The translations under genes and the position numbers were made by a program. Below, piece after piece: positions 25,400 through 37,800 of a DNA stretch of 64,000 nucleotides. Under the pieces are notes generated by a model, which was not told where the DNA came from, did not search any database, and was given only the letters and a program-made list of their open reading frames with translations. Each line of letters starts with the position of its first letter. Positions within the stretch are counted from its first letter, which is position 1. Source of the DNA: Cycas panzhihuaensis (lineage: Eukaryota > Plantae > Cycadophyta); assembly GCA_023213395.1 (NCBI GenBank), contig CM041465.1:232631741-232695740 (forward strand). Reading direction: 5' to 3'.

Positions 25400-25865
25400 T
25401 GCGAGATGGCTTTTATAAAGGATTTTTTAAGGTTTTCCCATGTTGCATCTAGGTTCTGTTCTTTTCCCAAGAACCAATCCCTTGCTACCTGACCTAAGGT
25501 GTGGTAGAAAAGATTGCTCCATGTTTTCTTCGGTAAACTCAAGGATATCCTTTCCTATTTGCACTTTTGAATATGTTTATTGGGGCATTCTCCTATATAA
25601 AATAATGGGATATTCAATTTCTTCAGTTTGTTGAACCATATTCTGAACGTTGATTGTAGTTCCTTCCAACTCTGGAAGGTAGCTTGGTGGGCTAGGTACC
25701 AATACCATGCCGTCGCTCGTAAGGTTAGTATTAAGTTTGTTTGCCATTGACTTTTATCCCAATTTCCCTCATCTATCCAATACTCTATACAATGAGTAAG
25801 GTGAGTAGTTCCATATAGTTGGCCCCCATAAGAAAGTTTGACATAATCCCCAATGTATGTTTCAA
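25400..25865 (-). pseudogene. Two tandem capsid-NTD-like modules between PR and RT in B1
   Basis: HLTHCIEYW..LILTLRATAWYWYLAHQATFQSWKELQSTFRIWF, then IPLFYIGECPNKHIQKC..LPKKTWSNLFYHTLGQVARDWF..TWENLKKSF. Confidence 0.72.
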
Positions 25866-26149
25866 GGTTTCTTTCCTCGGGGATGATTATCCTACTACCT
25901 AGACCTGAGTCTCTAGGGGTATATCCTGCTGATTCCTTTTGCATTTCCTCAGATTTGGCAACAACACTTGAGAAGGACTGATCGCTGGGTGGGTGTACCT
26001 CTAAAGAAGATGAGGAAGTATTGTTACTTCCTTCCTCGGGTTGTAATAGGGTTGGGGATGGGCAATCTACCTTAGGACCCACACCTAAGGTAGAGGAGGG
26101 GTTAAGGTTAGTATAAGATACTATAGAATTATGTAATAAATTAGGTATA

Positions 26150-29100
26150 CTAGGAATAGGGGTGGTTTAGGTCAAGGGTTGGGTTTAAGTTATTATTATT
26201 TTCTTTATTATTTTCTACACTATTGTTAGTCCCCATATATTCAAAAGATTTTAAATTATTGTCAATATTATTAGTTACATATTTAAAAAGTAAATTGCAC
26301 CTATAGGAAGAAGAATTAACTTTGCAAGCATCTTGTAACCAATAATCTACGAATTTCATTCCATTCTCATCATCAGAAGAATTGTAGATCTCCTCAAAGT
26401 AGGTAGGTTTCGTCTCTTGGGAGTTGATCAACTTGTTTGGCTTCTCAGTTGTATGATATAAGTTTCCTTCATCAAATGAGGACGTTGTTTCCTCACTCGC
26501 AATAGTTGTGCTTGATCCGTCATCTGGTATTACCTCATTAGAATTCTTTTCCAACATCGAAAGGACCACTTCACTTCCACTATCTGACAATGTAAAGGTC
26601 ACATCTCTCAAATTCTAGAGACACTGTGTTTTGTATAGCCATGGGCGACCCAACAAAGCTGGATAGGGTGTTGCACATTTTTCTGTTTCTACAATTGTAA
26701 AATCGATTTGTACGACGATTCCTGCCACAACCACCTTAATGTTGGCTAGTTTCCCAACTGGTCTCACCAATAATTCATTCGCCGATTTCAATGAATAAGT
26801 TGTCGCTTCCAACTTAGGACTTCCCAGTTTCTGCCATGTCGAGGTCGATAACACGTTCATAGGAGCTCCTCTATCCACAATTACCCTCGAAACTTTTTCT
26901 CCCAATATTGTGATTGCAACCATTGGATCCATGCCAAAGGATGGCATTATCTTCTTTAAACTCTTTTAGTGAGTTCCCGTTGCTGTAATATCCCTGCTTT
27001 GATCCAATCTATCGCCTGGCATAAGGGGATTGTTAATTGTAAATGTTTCACTAGATTTTTCATTAGCAATAGCATTTGTGGGATGTCTTCCACTAGTAAT
27101 CTCTTAAATAACTCCTCCATTTGCACCAATTTAGGTTGTGCCTTTTGCTCCTCAGGTATTTTCTCTTTTTGTCTATTTTTTTTACGTATACATGTTTCGT
27201 TTCTGGTTTACCCATTGGTAGCATTATTTCGGATTGGGCTAATTCCTCCAATACTTGTTTCGCTTGTTTGAATCTTTCTATTTCCGTTTTTGGGTTTGGG
27301 TATTCTTCATCCATTTTCTCTTTCTGTTTCTTTTGGAGTTTTATGTTCTTGTTGTTTTCTGGGATAATAGTTTCCAAGTTAGTTACTTTCGCCTTTCCCT
27401 TACAGTCCTCTATTTTGTGCTCACTTGCAGTGGTTGCATTCAAATGGTTTGTGTTTGTATTCTTGTTTAGTTGGGCAGTCTGATTTCCGATGCCCAAATT
27501 ATAGACAAATCAAGTATCTCCCCATTGGTTGTTTTTCTTTGAGGATTCTTTTGTACTCCTTGTTGTATATACATTTCGAGGTGGGTTGTTTGTTCTTCCC
27601 CGACCTCGTCCTTTTTAAGCTCTTCCTCTAGAGTTATAAAAACAATCTCTTGTATTATGACTATCCATGTCACATATATAACACCATTTATCTTTTTGGT
27701 GCATTGCACTATTTCTTGGATTCTAGAGTTATAAATACAATCTCTTGTATTGTGACTATCCATGTCACATATATGACACCATTTATCTTTATGGTGCATT
27801 GCACTAATTCTTGGATTAGCTTCGCATTTCTTGGTTGTATGCAAACTTTCCTCGTAAATATGGCACTATTTCTCGATTTTAAATTCCCAGTCCTTTCTCT
27901 TCTTTATTTCTTCCTCCTCTTTGTTATTTCTCATCTTAAGACTGGCTACCTTCTTGCTTAGAGCTTCCACCTCAAACTCTTCTTCTGAGATTCCTACTTG
28001 GCAAAAGGGTCGGTTATGCTGATTTTGTTTGATTTCCCTTATTTCTTCCTGTAGCCTCAGTAAAAGGGGATCATGCCCTCTTGCTTGGATATCTATTTCT
28101 GCTTTGAAGTCCAATGCCAAATCTTGAACGTTTTTGAATGATATTAATGGATGTGCATGCATCATAGACCTCAATTTTAAATTTGATCCTCTAACGAAAT
28201 AGTTTTTCATGTTGTGGTCTGTAATTGTTTCATTAATTATGTTGGTGGCAATTATCTTCATATGACTAATGTAAGTTAACACTGATTCGCCAAGTCTCTG
28301 CTTTATTTCTCTCAGGGCAATCTGCACAGCTTCGTTACTTCAAAATTTTTGGAATCTTTCCTTAAAGGATTTCTTTATATTTTCCTAGGATTCTGTTTTA
28401 TCCAACTCTTTGTACCATGCCAACTGTACTACCCTTAGTGTGCAGGTAAATCTTGCCTTTCTTTCATCTTCATCTGTGATTTTCACATCGATCAAATTTT
28501 GAAACAAGTATACATGTTCTGCCGCATCTAAAGTGTTGTTGAAGATAAGTTTCCCGAAATCCCTAAAATCGTCCATCCTTGCTAATTGCACTGGTGTCCC
28601 ACCGAGTGGTGATCCTTCTCTTTTTGCCTCTTCAAAGGATTCTACTTCTTTTTCTCCACCCTTCACTTTAGGTGGTGTATGTGGGGTGCTTGGTGCAGCA
28701 CTATCTCTTCCAAATAGAGGATTCTTGAATGGTGTATTTTAGATGTATTGGCTCTAGTACTCTTAGCACTTGTACCGTCAATGGTGTGACTACTAAATAT
28801 GACTGTTCGAACTCCCTGTCCGGCGAATCCTCAAATAGTTGCCTTGTTAGTTTATTCTCCCAATATGTCAAGGGACCTTCCTCTGCCTTCTTCTCGTTAT
28901 CACTTAGGTCCTTCGTGGTATTATCCACAAGTGTATATTCCTTCTTTCCTAGGGTGTCATTTTGTTCCACATCTCCTTTTGGTTTTTCCTCCTTTTCTGG
29001 GCTTAGAAGGTCATATTTGATTGGAGCAGGTGTTAGTACCATTTGCTTGCCATTATTTTCCTCTCCTTGTTCTAGAGGTGTCTGGGTTCCACTTGCCTTA

Positions 29101-29290
29101 GATTCTTCAACGGACTGTCCCTTAGTCTTGTTATTATATAAACTCAATCCTCTTGCCCTTTTTAATTTTGACTCCTTTGACCATCGTAATGCCCTTTGTC
29201 TGCTTGTTTCTTTCCCCTTAGGTGAAGTGCCTTTTTGTGGCTCTCTTGCCCTTGAAGGTCCCCTAGCTGTCAGAGGCTTAGTTACAGCCC
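26150..29290 (-). pseudogene. gag: gag and protease of B1
   Basis: FGKLIFNNTLDAAEHV..TLRVVQLAWY, IKQRLGESVLTYISHM, WCHICDMDSHNTRDC, VIVDRGAPMNV, ALLGRPWL. Confidence 0.88.
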
Positions 29291-29392
29291 ACCATCACGA
29301 TGACAGCTAGGGTCCTTTGTCCTTTGAACATTCTCCTTTTATGAAAACTCTTGGCCCAGTCCCTCTTCAATAGATGTAGGCACTGGAATCAA

Positions 29393-30173
29393 TGTTTGAC
29401 TCAATTTCTTATTACACTTGTGAGATAGTACACTTGTCAAGGGATCACTTTGTAGTCTAGCTTAGGATATAGTCGACATACTTTATACACCAAAGTTATC
29501 ATAGATTCACTTAGAATTCCACATAATGTGATCACAAATTACACACAACAGTACAATAATCACAAGTATCCATCATACAAGCATCATAGTAAACATTGAA
29601 CACAGATTTCCATGTAACTGTTCTCTTTATTAAGCAATAGGTCTCATACAATTAGTTCTGGAATGTATCCCTTATAGATTCTAGCCATATACACAGAATT
29701 CTGTCACATACATTCCAAAAGGGAATGCATCACAGAATGCATCTACTGTAAATTCAATATGTACCATTGATTCTGCTTGTTGGCTACCGTACCACCATGT
29801 GGAATGAATGCTTGGCTCTCACCCTTGAGAGAATGACATATGATTGAATCACTCAGCTCTCACTATTGGAATGGTCCTTGATGGATTCTTTAAATGTGCC
29901 TTTTTGGTACCTTTTGATGAAGGGTTATGACTCCCTGTTATAATTGTACCTTTTCAATTACCATGTGTCTTTTCACTTAACACTTGATTAGTTTCTCCTT
30001 AATTGGTGCCTTTTCATCTGTACATTCGTACGTACGACCTTCAAGGCCGGCGTCATCATCCTTTGGTGTCCTTTGGGTCAGGTTTGGTTGTGCGTACCCT
30101 GCTGTCCGTTAGTGTACTATAAATGGTACGCAACCTGTGTTGCATACCTGTTATGGTATAGACTTGTCATACG
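29393..30173 (-). mobile_element. 5' LTR of B1 (main part; remainder at 46121-46253), with degenerate PBS TGATTCCAGTGCC at 29379-29391
   Basis: Direct repeat of 20682-21450, split by copia E. Confidence 0.9.
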
Positions 30174-30547
30174 TGTTAGAATGAGAGGATAAAAGCTGAT
30201 CTTACAACATAAAAGCACATGCAAGAAGCAAGAGGTGATGATACGTCAACAAGATCAAACTCTCCAAAATTCTCATTAAGAAAATCTCAATGATACAAGT
30301 GCATATTTATAGGTTTACATCATAGCTAAACATAGGAGTTGGTTCAACAAACTCCCAACGTCCCCCTTATTTTTGGTGTGCTGAAACTACCTCATAAATA
30401 GTTGAGCATCTTTGACTTCTAGAACTTTGACTAGGAATCTTCTCTCACTAGAATATTCTTGTATAGAATATTCCATGTGAGAACTTATTCTAATGAACCT
30501 AAAATGAACTTAAATGAAGTAAAATGGAATGTGCATTATTTCTAACA
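30174..30547 (-). mobile_element. 3' LTR of E
   Basis: TGTTAGA...TCTAACA; direct repeat of 45742-46115. Confidence 0.95.
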
Positions 30548-33500
30548 CCCTCCCATAATGATAAGTTCATTTTCTCTTACAAACATTAATGTTCTCAATT
30601 TTTCAAAATTTTCACGACTCAAGGCTTTGGTAAGTAAGTCTGCAATTTGGTCACTCGAACTACCATAGACCGATTCGACTACTCCTTTCTCCACTTGTTC
30701 TCGAATGAAATGATGATGAATTTTCACGTGTTTGCTCCTTGCGTGGAAAACTGGATTCTTTGACAGCTGGATTGCACCTTGATTGTCGCAAAATAATTGA
30801 GTAGGTTCATTTTGATCAAGTCTGAAATGGCTATGAAGTCCTCTAAGCCAAATAGCTTCGCAAGTTGCGGTTACTGCAGCTTTGTATTTAGCTTCAGTGG
30901 ATGACAAAAAAACTGTTGCTTGTAACTTACTGCTCCATGAGATCATTATAGAATTAAGTTTGAATGAATATCCTGATGTAGATCTTCTTGTGTCGAGATC
31001 TCCTTGCCTACCGAGTCGGTGAAGCCACGTAGTACAAATTCAGAAGATTTCTGAAATAGGAGTCCAAACCGAATAGTTCCTTGAACATATCTCAGAATGT
31101 GTTTTGCTGCTTTCCAATGTGACATCGAAGGAGCATTCATGTATCTTGATACAATACCAACAGCATAACTCAAATCAGGTCTAGTGTTAGTCAAATATAT
31201 AAGACTACCCACTAGTTGCCTGTATAGAGTGTCATCAACTATTTTTTCATTGCTTTCTTTTACCAATTTGAGACCCACTTCCATTGGAGTCGAATTGGTT
31301 TCTGACTTTCCATATGAAAGCGTTTCAACAAATTGTAAGCATACTTTAACTGTGATACAAAGATATGATCTGTCTTTTGCCAGATTTCCATTCCTAAGTA
31401 GAAATGCAATAAACCAAGATCAGTCATATCAAAAGCCTTTGATAGTTGCTTTTTGAGTATGTTGATCTTTTCAACACTAGATCCAGTCAAAATGAAGTCA
31501 TCCACATACAAAGTTACAACTAGGATATCATGATCCTTATGCAACACATACAAGCTATGATTAGATTCACATCTAGTGAATCCATGTGAAACAAAATATT
31601 CATCAATACGTGAATACCACGCTCTTGGTGCCTGTTTCAGCCCATAAAGAGCTTTCTTCAATTTGCAGACAAGTTGTTCATTTTCTCCTTTTTCAAATCC
31701 TTCTGGTTGTTTCATGTATACTTCTTCATACAAAATGCCATTTAAGAAGGCATTTTTCACATCCATCTGATGAAGTTCCCAACCGAACTGAGTTGCAAGA
31801 GAAATTAGCATCCTTATAGTAGTCATTTTTGCTACAGGTGCAAAGGTTTCTTCATAATCAACTCCTGGTGTTTGAGAGTATCCTTTTGCAACAAGACGAG
31901 CCTTGTATTTTTCTATGGCACCATTAGATTGATACTTGACTCGATATACCCATCTGCAACCAATTACCCTTTTGCCTGGAGGTAATTTGACAAGATCCCA
32001 AGTGTCATTCTTCATAATAGAGTCTTATTCTTCTTTCATGGCATTTTGCCAATGTGCTGCATCCTTGGCTTCATGAAAGGTTTGTGGCTCTTCAACACTT
32101 AAGAGATTTGCCATCAAAGCAAGATTAATCTTACTTCTTGTTTGAATTCCAGAATCTAGATTTACTTCTCCAGATTCTTGAACGGTTTGTAAATACCACT
32201 TGGGCAATTTTTTTGAAGAACTAGGAAAAGATGTGGAATCAGAAGTAGAAGAGGTGGAGGCTTCATCTTCACTATTACATTTTTCTTTTCCTTTATGTTT
32301 TTGTTCTTCTTCTATAGGTACAACCATTTGATCATCTTCTCTTGTTTCTTGAAACAATACATCTCTACTTATAACAATTTTTTTGTCAGTGAGATTCCAA
32401 AGCCTATAAGCTTTTGATGTCAAGCTGTAACCTACAAGAATACATTTTGTACTCTTATCATCAAGTTTATGCCTTTTTTCTTTAGGCACATGAATATAAG
32501 CAATACATCCAAATATTCTAAGATGTGCAGCAGAAGGTTTCACGTTAGTCCAAGCTTCTTCTGGAGTTATGTTTCTAACTGCTTTTGTTGGACTAATGTT
32601 TAACAAGTACACGGCAGTGTTAACTGCTTCTCCCCAAAGTCCTTTTGGAACATCGTTTGGCTTTATCATGCATCGTGCCATTTCAAGAATGGTTCGATTC
32701 TTTCACTCTGCAACACCATTCTGTTGTGGAGTATATGCCGTTGTGTCGATGTCAGATCCCATGATCTTTGCAGAAGTTGATGAATTCACTGGATAAGTAT
32801 TCGTCTCCGCTGTCACTTTTCAAGATTTTTATCCTTTTATTGGAATTGTATTCAACTTCAGCCTTGAATTCTTTAAACTTTACAAAAGCATCAGATTTAT
32901 TTTTGATGAGGTAAACCCAACACTTTCTTGTAAGATCATCAATAAAGGTGATGAAGTATTGTGCTCCACCATATGAATGTGGTGAGATTGGTCCACATAA
33001 GTCAGAATGTACCAATTCTAACTTCTCCTTTGCTCTCCATCTTGATTTTTGGAATGGTTTTTATGTCGCTTCCAAGTGTACAAGCTTCACACACCTTGTC
33101 GGGCTTTTCTTGATTGAAGGTAAATCACTTACCATATTCAATCTATGCATGAGTCAAGATCAGTATAATCCAAATGACCAAATCGGTCATGCCATAAAGT
33201 GTTATCTAAATTTTTAGTTATGAGACTAAGCTCATAGGTGCGGAGAATTTATAAACTCCATTCTCATGCACACCTTGAGCTATTACAACATTGTCCTTTT
33301 CATCAAACACTTTGACTTATCAAATTCTACCTTAATATCTTGTTGAGCTATGCAACCGATGATAATAGGTTGTGCTTGAAGGAAGGTACAAATAGCACAT
33401 TCGAAACCTTAAAGGTTCCATAGTTTGGTTGTTAAATACAAATGGTGCCACAACCAACTACCGATGTTGACTATTGTCTCCAAGTACAATGGGAGGAATA

Positions 33501-33879
33501 TTGCATTCCTTCAAGTCTTCAAACCAATTCTTTTGAAATGAAATATGCTTTGAAGCTCCAGAATCCACATACCATTCACATGAGTTTTGACTTGTAGCAT
33601 TGAATACAAAGACTTTGTCATTTTCTTTTGTTGACAAAGCATTTGTAGATTTCTTCATGTCGGCCTTCTTCTTCCAACACTGCACTTCAAGATGTCCCTT
33701 TTTGTTACAATATTTGCAAGAGACATCTTTTTTTGGTTTTTGAGTGTTAAAGTTGCTTGCTTGAGGTGGATGTTTTGGAACATGATTTGTGGGCTTTTTC
33801 TTAAATTTTGAGGCAAGTACCATTGAGCTACTTCCTCCTTCATAAAAACCCATCCGTTGTTCCTCTTGCAACAATAGAC
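30542..33879 (-). pseudogene. pol: Copia E gag C-terminus, PR, INT, RT and RNase H (few frameshifts/stops)
   Basis: [73 protein letters not shown]. Confidence 0.95.
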
Positions 33880-34705
33880 TGTTGGCATTAAAATTGACTC
33901 AATGGCTGTGTGAGGACCAGAGGTAGGTCAGAGAACCCGAGTTGTGCAGGTACGGACCGTACGGAGGTACACACGAGGCAAAACGGCAGAAAAACGAGCC
34001 GCCTGGTACGAGGACAGTGCACTGAACGGCACGCATGATGGAATGTACCGGCGTAATCGGAATCAAACGGTGGCGTGCGCATGACTCAGGGACCTGAAGA
34101 CCGGGAGGTGCGACGACGCATTTGGACGTACGGACCCAAAGGAATAATTAATTAAATACAAACAAAGTGATTAAGTGAAGAGGTACGCATTAATTGAAGA
34201 GGTACGCATGACTGAAGGGGTACGGTTATGACAATGCATACCATAACCCTTCAGCCAAAAGGTACCAACAGGAGTACTTAAGGAGGTACGCATGATTCAC
34301 CTGGTTAGGGTGAGAGCCGGATATCAAGGGTACGCAAGAGTACAGGAGACAGTACACATGACAGCCGATTGGAGCATGGATATGTGATAAGTACCATCTG
34401 GGTACGCATATGTACAAAAGGATCAGATGTCCGGAATGCTCGGGAATGCATTCCAAATTTCTTGTGTAATTAAACCGTTGAATTAATAAAAGAAAGAGTT
34501 ACGTGGAAATTGGTGTATTCTTGGTGTGTGATGATGATTTGTCAAGTATGTATTGATTGCATCACGTGTACTATTCTCGTGAATTTTATATGGAATGTAT
34601 GTGGAATGTATAACCATGTTGTGATGTCCTAAAACTAGACTATAGCTACTGTAACCTTGACAAGTGTATTGATTCCACGAAGGGTGTGGAATCTATAAGT
34701 CAACA
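33880..34705 (+). mobile_element. 5' LTR of B2
   Basis: TGTTGGC...GTCAACA, followed by the PBS. Confidence 0.93.
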
Positions 34706-34706
34706 T

Positions 34707-34719
34707 TGGTTCCGTTGCC
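34707..34719 (+). promoter_or_regulatory. PBS of B2, complementary to the tRNA-Glu 3' end
   Basis: TGGTTCCGTTGCC is the reverse complement of GGCAACGGAACCA (plant cytosolic tRNA-Glu acceptor end, recalled from memory). Confidence 0.8.
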
Positions 34720-34847
34720 TACGTCCGTTGAGGAGGGACAGGACCTAGGGGTCTCAAGAGGAAAAAGAATGTGTAAAGGGCGGAGGACCACAGGCCGCCA
34801 GTGATGGCGGGTCAGAACTAAGCCACCGGCAGCCAGGGGACCTTCCA

Positions 34848-37800
34848 ATGCCACCTAAAAGGCCTTCAAGGTCGGAAGAGCCCCAGAAGGATACTTCACC
34901 TAAGGAAAAGGAGACTAGTAGACAAAGGGCACTGAGATGGTCAAAAGAAGCAAAACTCAGAAGGGCGAGGAGGTTAAGTTCGCAAAACAACGAGACTAAG
35001 GGACAGTCCGTTGAAGGAGCTGAGGCAGGTGGGGCCAGACACCTCGGGAAGAGGAAATCAATGGCGAACGATGGTATTGACACCACCAATTAGAGATGAT
35101 TTGTTTAGCACAGGAGATTGAAGGAAGCCATCTGGATGAAAAACATAAAGAGATCCTAACAGAGGGAAGTATACGGTGGAGGACAGAAGGACCTAGGTGA
35201 TGATGATAAGAAGGCGGAGGAAGGTCCCTCGGCATATTGGGAAAATAAGCTAACGAGGCAATTTGTTTGAAGATTCGACGGAAAGGGGATCGGATCAATA
35301 TTACATTACGGTAACACCATTAACGATACAAGTTCCAGGTGTAGTGGAACCAATACACATAAAAACTCCATTCAAAAATCCGTTGTTTGGAAAGGATAGT
35401 GCAGCGGTAGTTACTCCCAGTGCATCCCCAAACGACGAAGGAGGGGAAAGATCACCACCAGGTGGGGGAAAATTGCAATCTCCCAAAATGGACGATTACA
35501 GAGACTTTGGGAAACTAACCTTTAATGATATTTCAGACGCAGCAGAGCATGTGTATTTGTTTCAAAACCTTATTGATGTCAAAAAGATTACGGATGAAGA
35601 TGAAATAAAAGCACGCTTCGCTTGTACACTGAGAGGAGTACCCTTGGCTTAGTACAAGGAAATAAACAAAAATGAGCCATGGGGGAAGATTAAGAAAGCG
35701 TTTGAGGAGAGATTTCAAAAGTTTCGGAGTAATGAAGCTGTGGAAATCGCATTAGAAATCGCAGAGGCGGGGAATCATCCCTAACTTACATTAGCCGAAT
35801 GAAGATTATTGCAGCAAGTATGATCAACGAGACGATCACGGATCATAACATGAAGAATTACTTCGTGAGAGGGCTGAATGAGAAGTTGCGAGCTATGATG
35901 CATGCTCATCTGCTAAAGTCATTCAAGAATGCCCAGGATCTTGCATTAGATTTCGAGATGGAAATGGATGCCCAAGCAGGAGGACAAGATTCCTTGCTGT
36001 TAAGATTGCAAGATGAGATTAGAGAGCTGAAACAGAATCAGTACAATCGACCCTTCCGCCGTAGGGGTAGCGTAAGAGGAATCAATTGGAGGCACCGAGG
36101 AAAGAGGTAGCCCGATTGAAAATCGTAAATAATCGGGAAGAAGAAGAGACAATCAAGAAGAAAGAGCACACGGGAAGGGTGACTAAGTGGTGTTATATTT
36201 ATGAAGAAAACTCACATACCACTCGGGAATGTGAGTTGAATTTAAAAAACGGTGCGGCGCACCAACAAGAGAAGTGGTGCCACATATGTGAGGTTGATAC
36301 CCACACAACTAGGGATTGTTTCTACAATTCCAGGGGAAAAGCCTTCAGAGGTCGAGGTCGGGGAAGAGGCAACCCACCTCGGAACGTGTATACAACGAGG
36401 GGCGCACCAGAGCCCTCGAGGAAGAAACAGCCGATGGGAAGATGCCTCATCTGCCTACAGTTCGGACACTGGAAGTCCGAATGTCCGATGAAGTTAGAAT
36501 ACGAACAAAAGCCGTCAGAGGTAAATCGTGGTCAAGCGACCACAAAACGAAAGATTGCAAGGGTAAAGCGAAGGCAACTAATCTAATGACGATTGTGCCA
36601 GAAACGAAGAATGTGAAATTACAAAATAAATGTAAAGAGAAAGTGGATGAAGGATATCCAAACCCCCCAACAGAAATGGATCGGTATAAACAAGCGAAAC
36701 AAGTGTTGGATGGGTTAGTTCGGAATGAAAATATACTACCAATGAGTAAACCAGAAACAAAAAATGTTTATGTTCGGAAAAACAAACCAAAAGAGCCAGA
36801 AAACTACCAGAGGAATCGACGACAAAACCCCAAATGGTGCAAATGGAGGAGTTATTTAAAGGATTACCAGCCGAAGATATTCCCAGAATGTTGTTACTGA
36901 TGGAGAATCTAGTGAAGCAGTTGCAGTTGACTATTCCTCCGTCTCAGGTTATTGATTGGATTAAAGGAGGTGTGTTGCAAAGAGGAATTACCAAAAGTTT
37001 GAAACAAGTTATACCATCGTTTGACATGGATCCAATGGTAACCATGTCCGTATTGGGAGAAACATTTCCTCGAGTCATTGTGGATGGAGGTGCAGCGGTA
37101 AATGTGTTACCAGCTGCAACATGGCGTAAATTGGGAAGCCCGAAGCTGGAGGCGACAACCTACTCGCTGAAGTTGGCCAATGAGTTGCTGGTACGACCCA
37201 TGGGTAGATTGGCCAATATAAAAGTAGACGTAGCAGGGATAGTGGTAAGAGTTGACTTCACGATAGTGGAAACGGAAAAAGGAACCACCCCCTACCCAGC
37301 GTTATTAGGAAGGCCATGGTTATACAAAACACAATGCCTTCAGAATTGGGAAAAGGTAACCTTCACTTTATCGGACAGCAACAACAAAGTAGTGCTACCA
37401 ATGCTGGGAAGAAGTTCGATTGAAGTAATCCTGCATTTAAGGATCCAAAGACAACAAGAATCAAAGACAACATTTTCTTCCAATGAGGAAGAACACATCT
37501 TTCACATGACAGAAGAGCCCACCACGTCAAAGCAGCATCAGCATGAAGAACCAACGGATCTCGAAGAAATATACAACTCTTCGGATGACGAACACGGTAT
37601 GAGGTTCGTGGATTATTGGCTTCAGGATGCATATGAAGTAAACTCTTCTTCTTTCAGATGTAATTTGTTATCTAAATCTGTATCTGTAAACATTGATGAT
37701 AATTTAAATTCTTTTGAATATATGCTGACCAATGATCATTTGGAAATGGATAATAACCTAGACCAACCAACCCTTAGTTTATCTAGTAATTTTCGTAGTT

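Noticed and set aside
28729-29310. 193-aa plus-strand ORF and similar antisense ORFs (34754-35089, 37736-38041, 5849-6292)
   Set aside because: They are antisense shadows of gag/pol with no recognisable motifs.
34707-34719. tRNA gene fragments
   Set aside because: These are only 12-13 nt complements next to LTRs, i.e. PBSs; I saw no cloverleaf.
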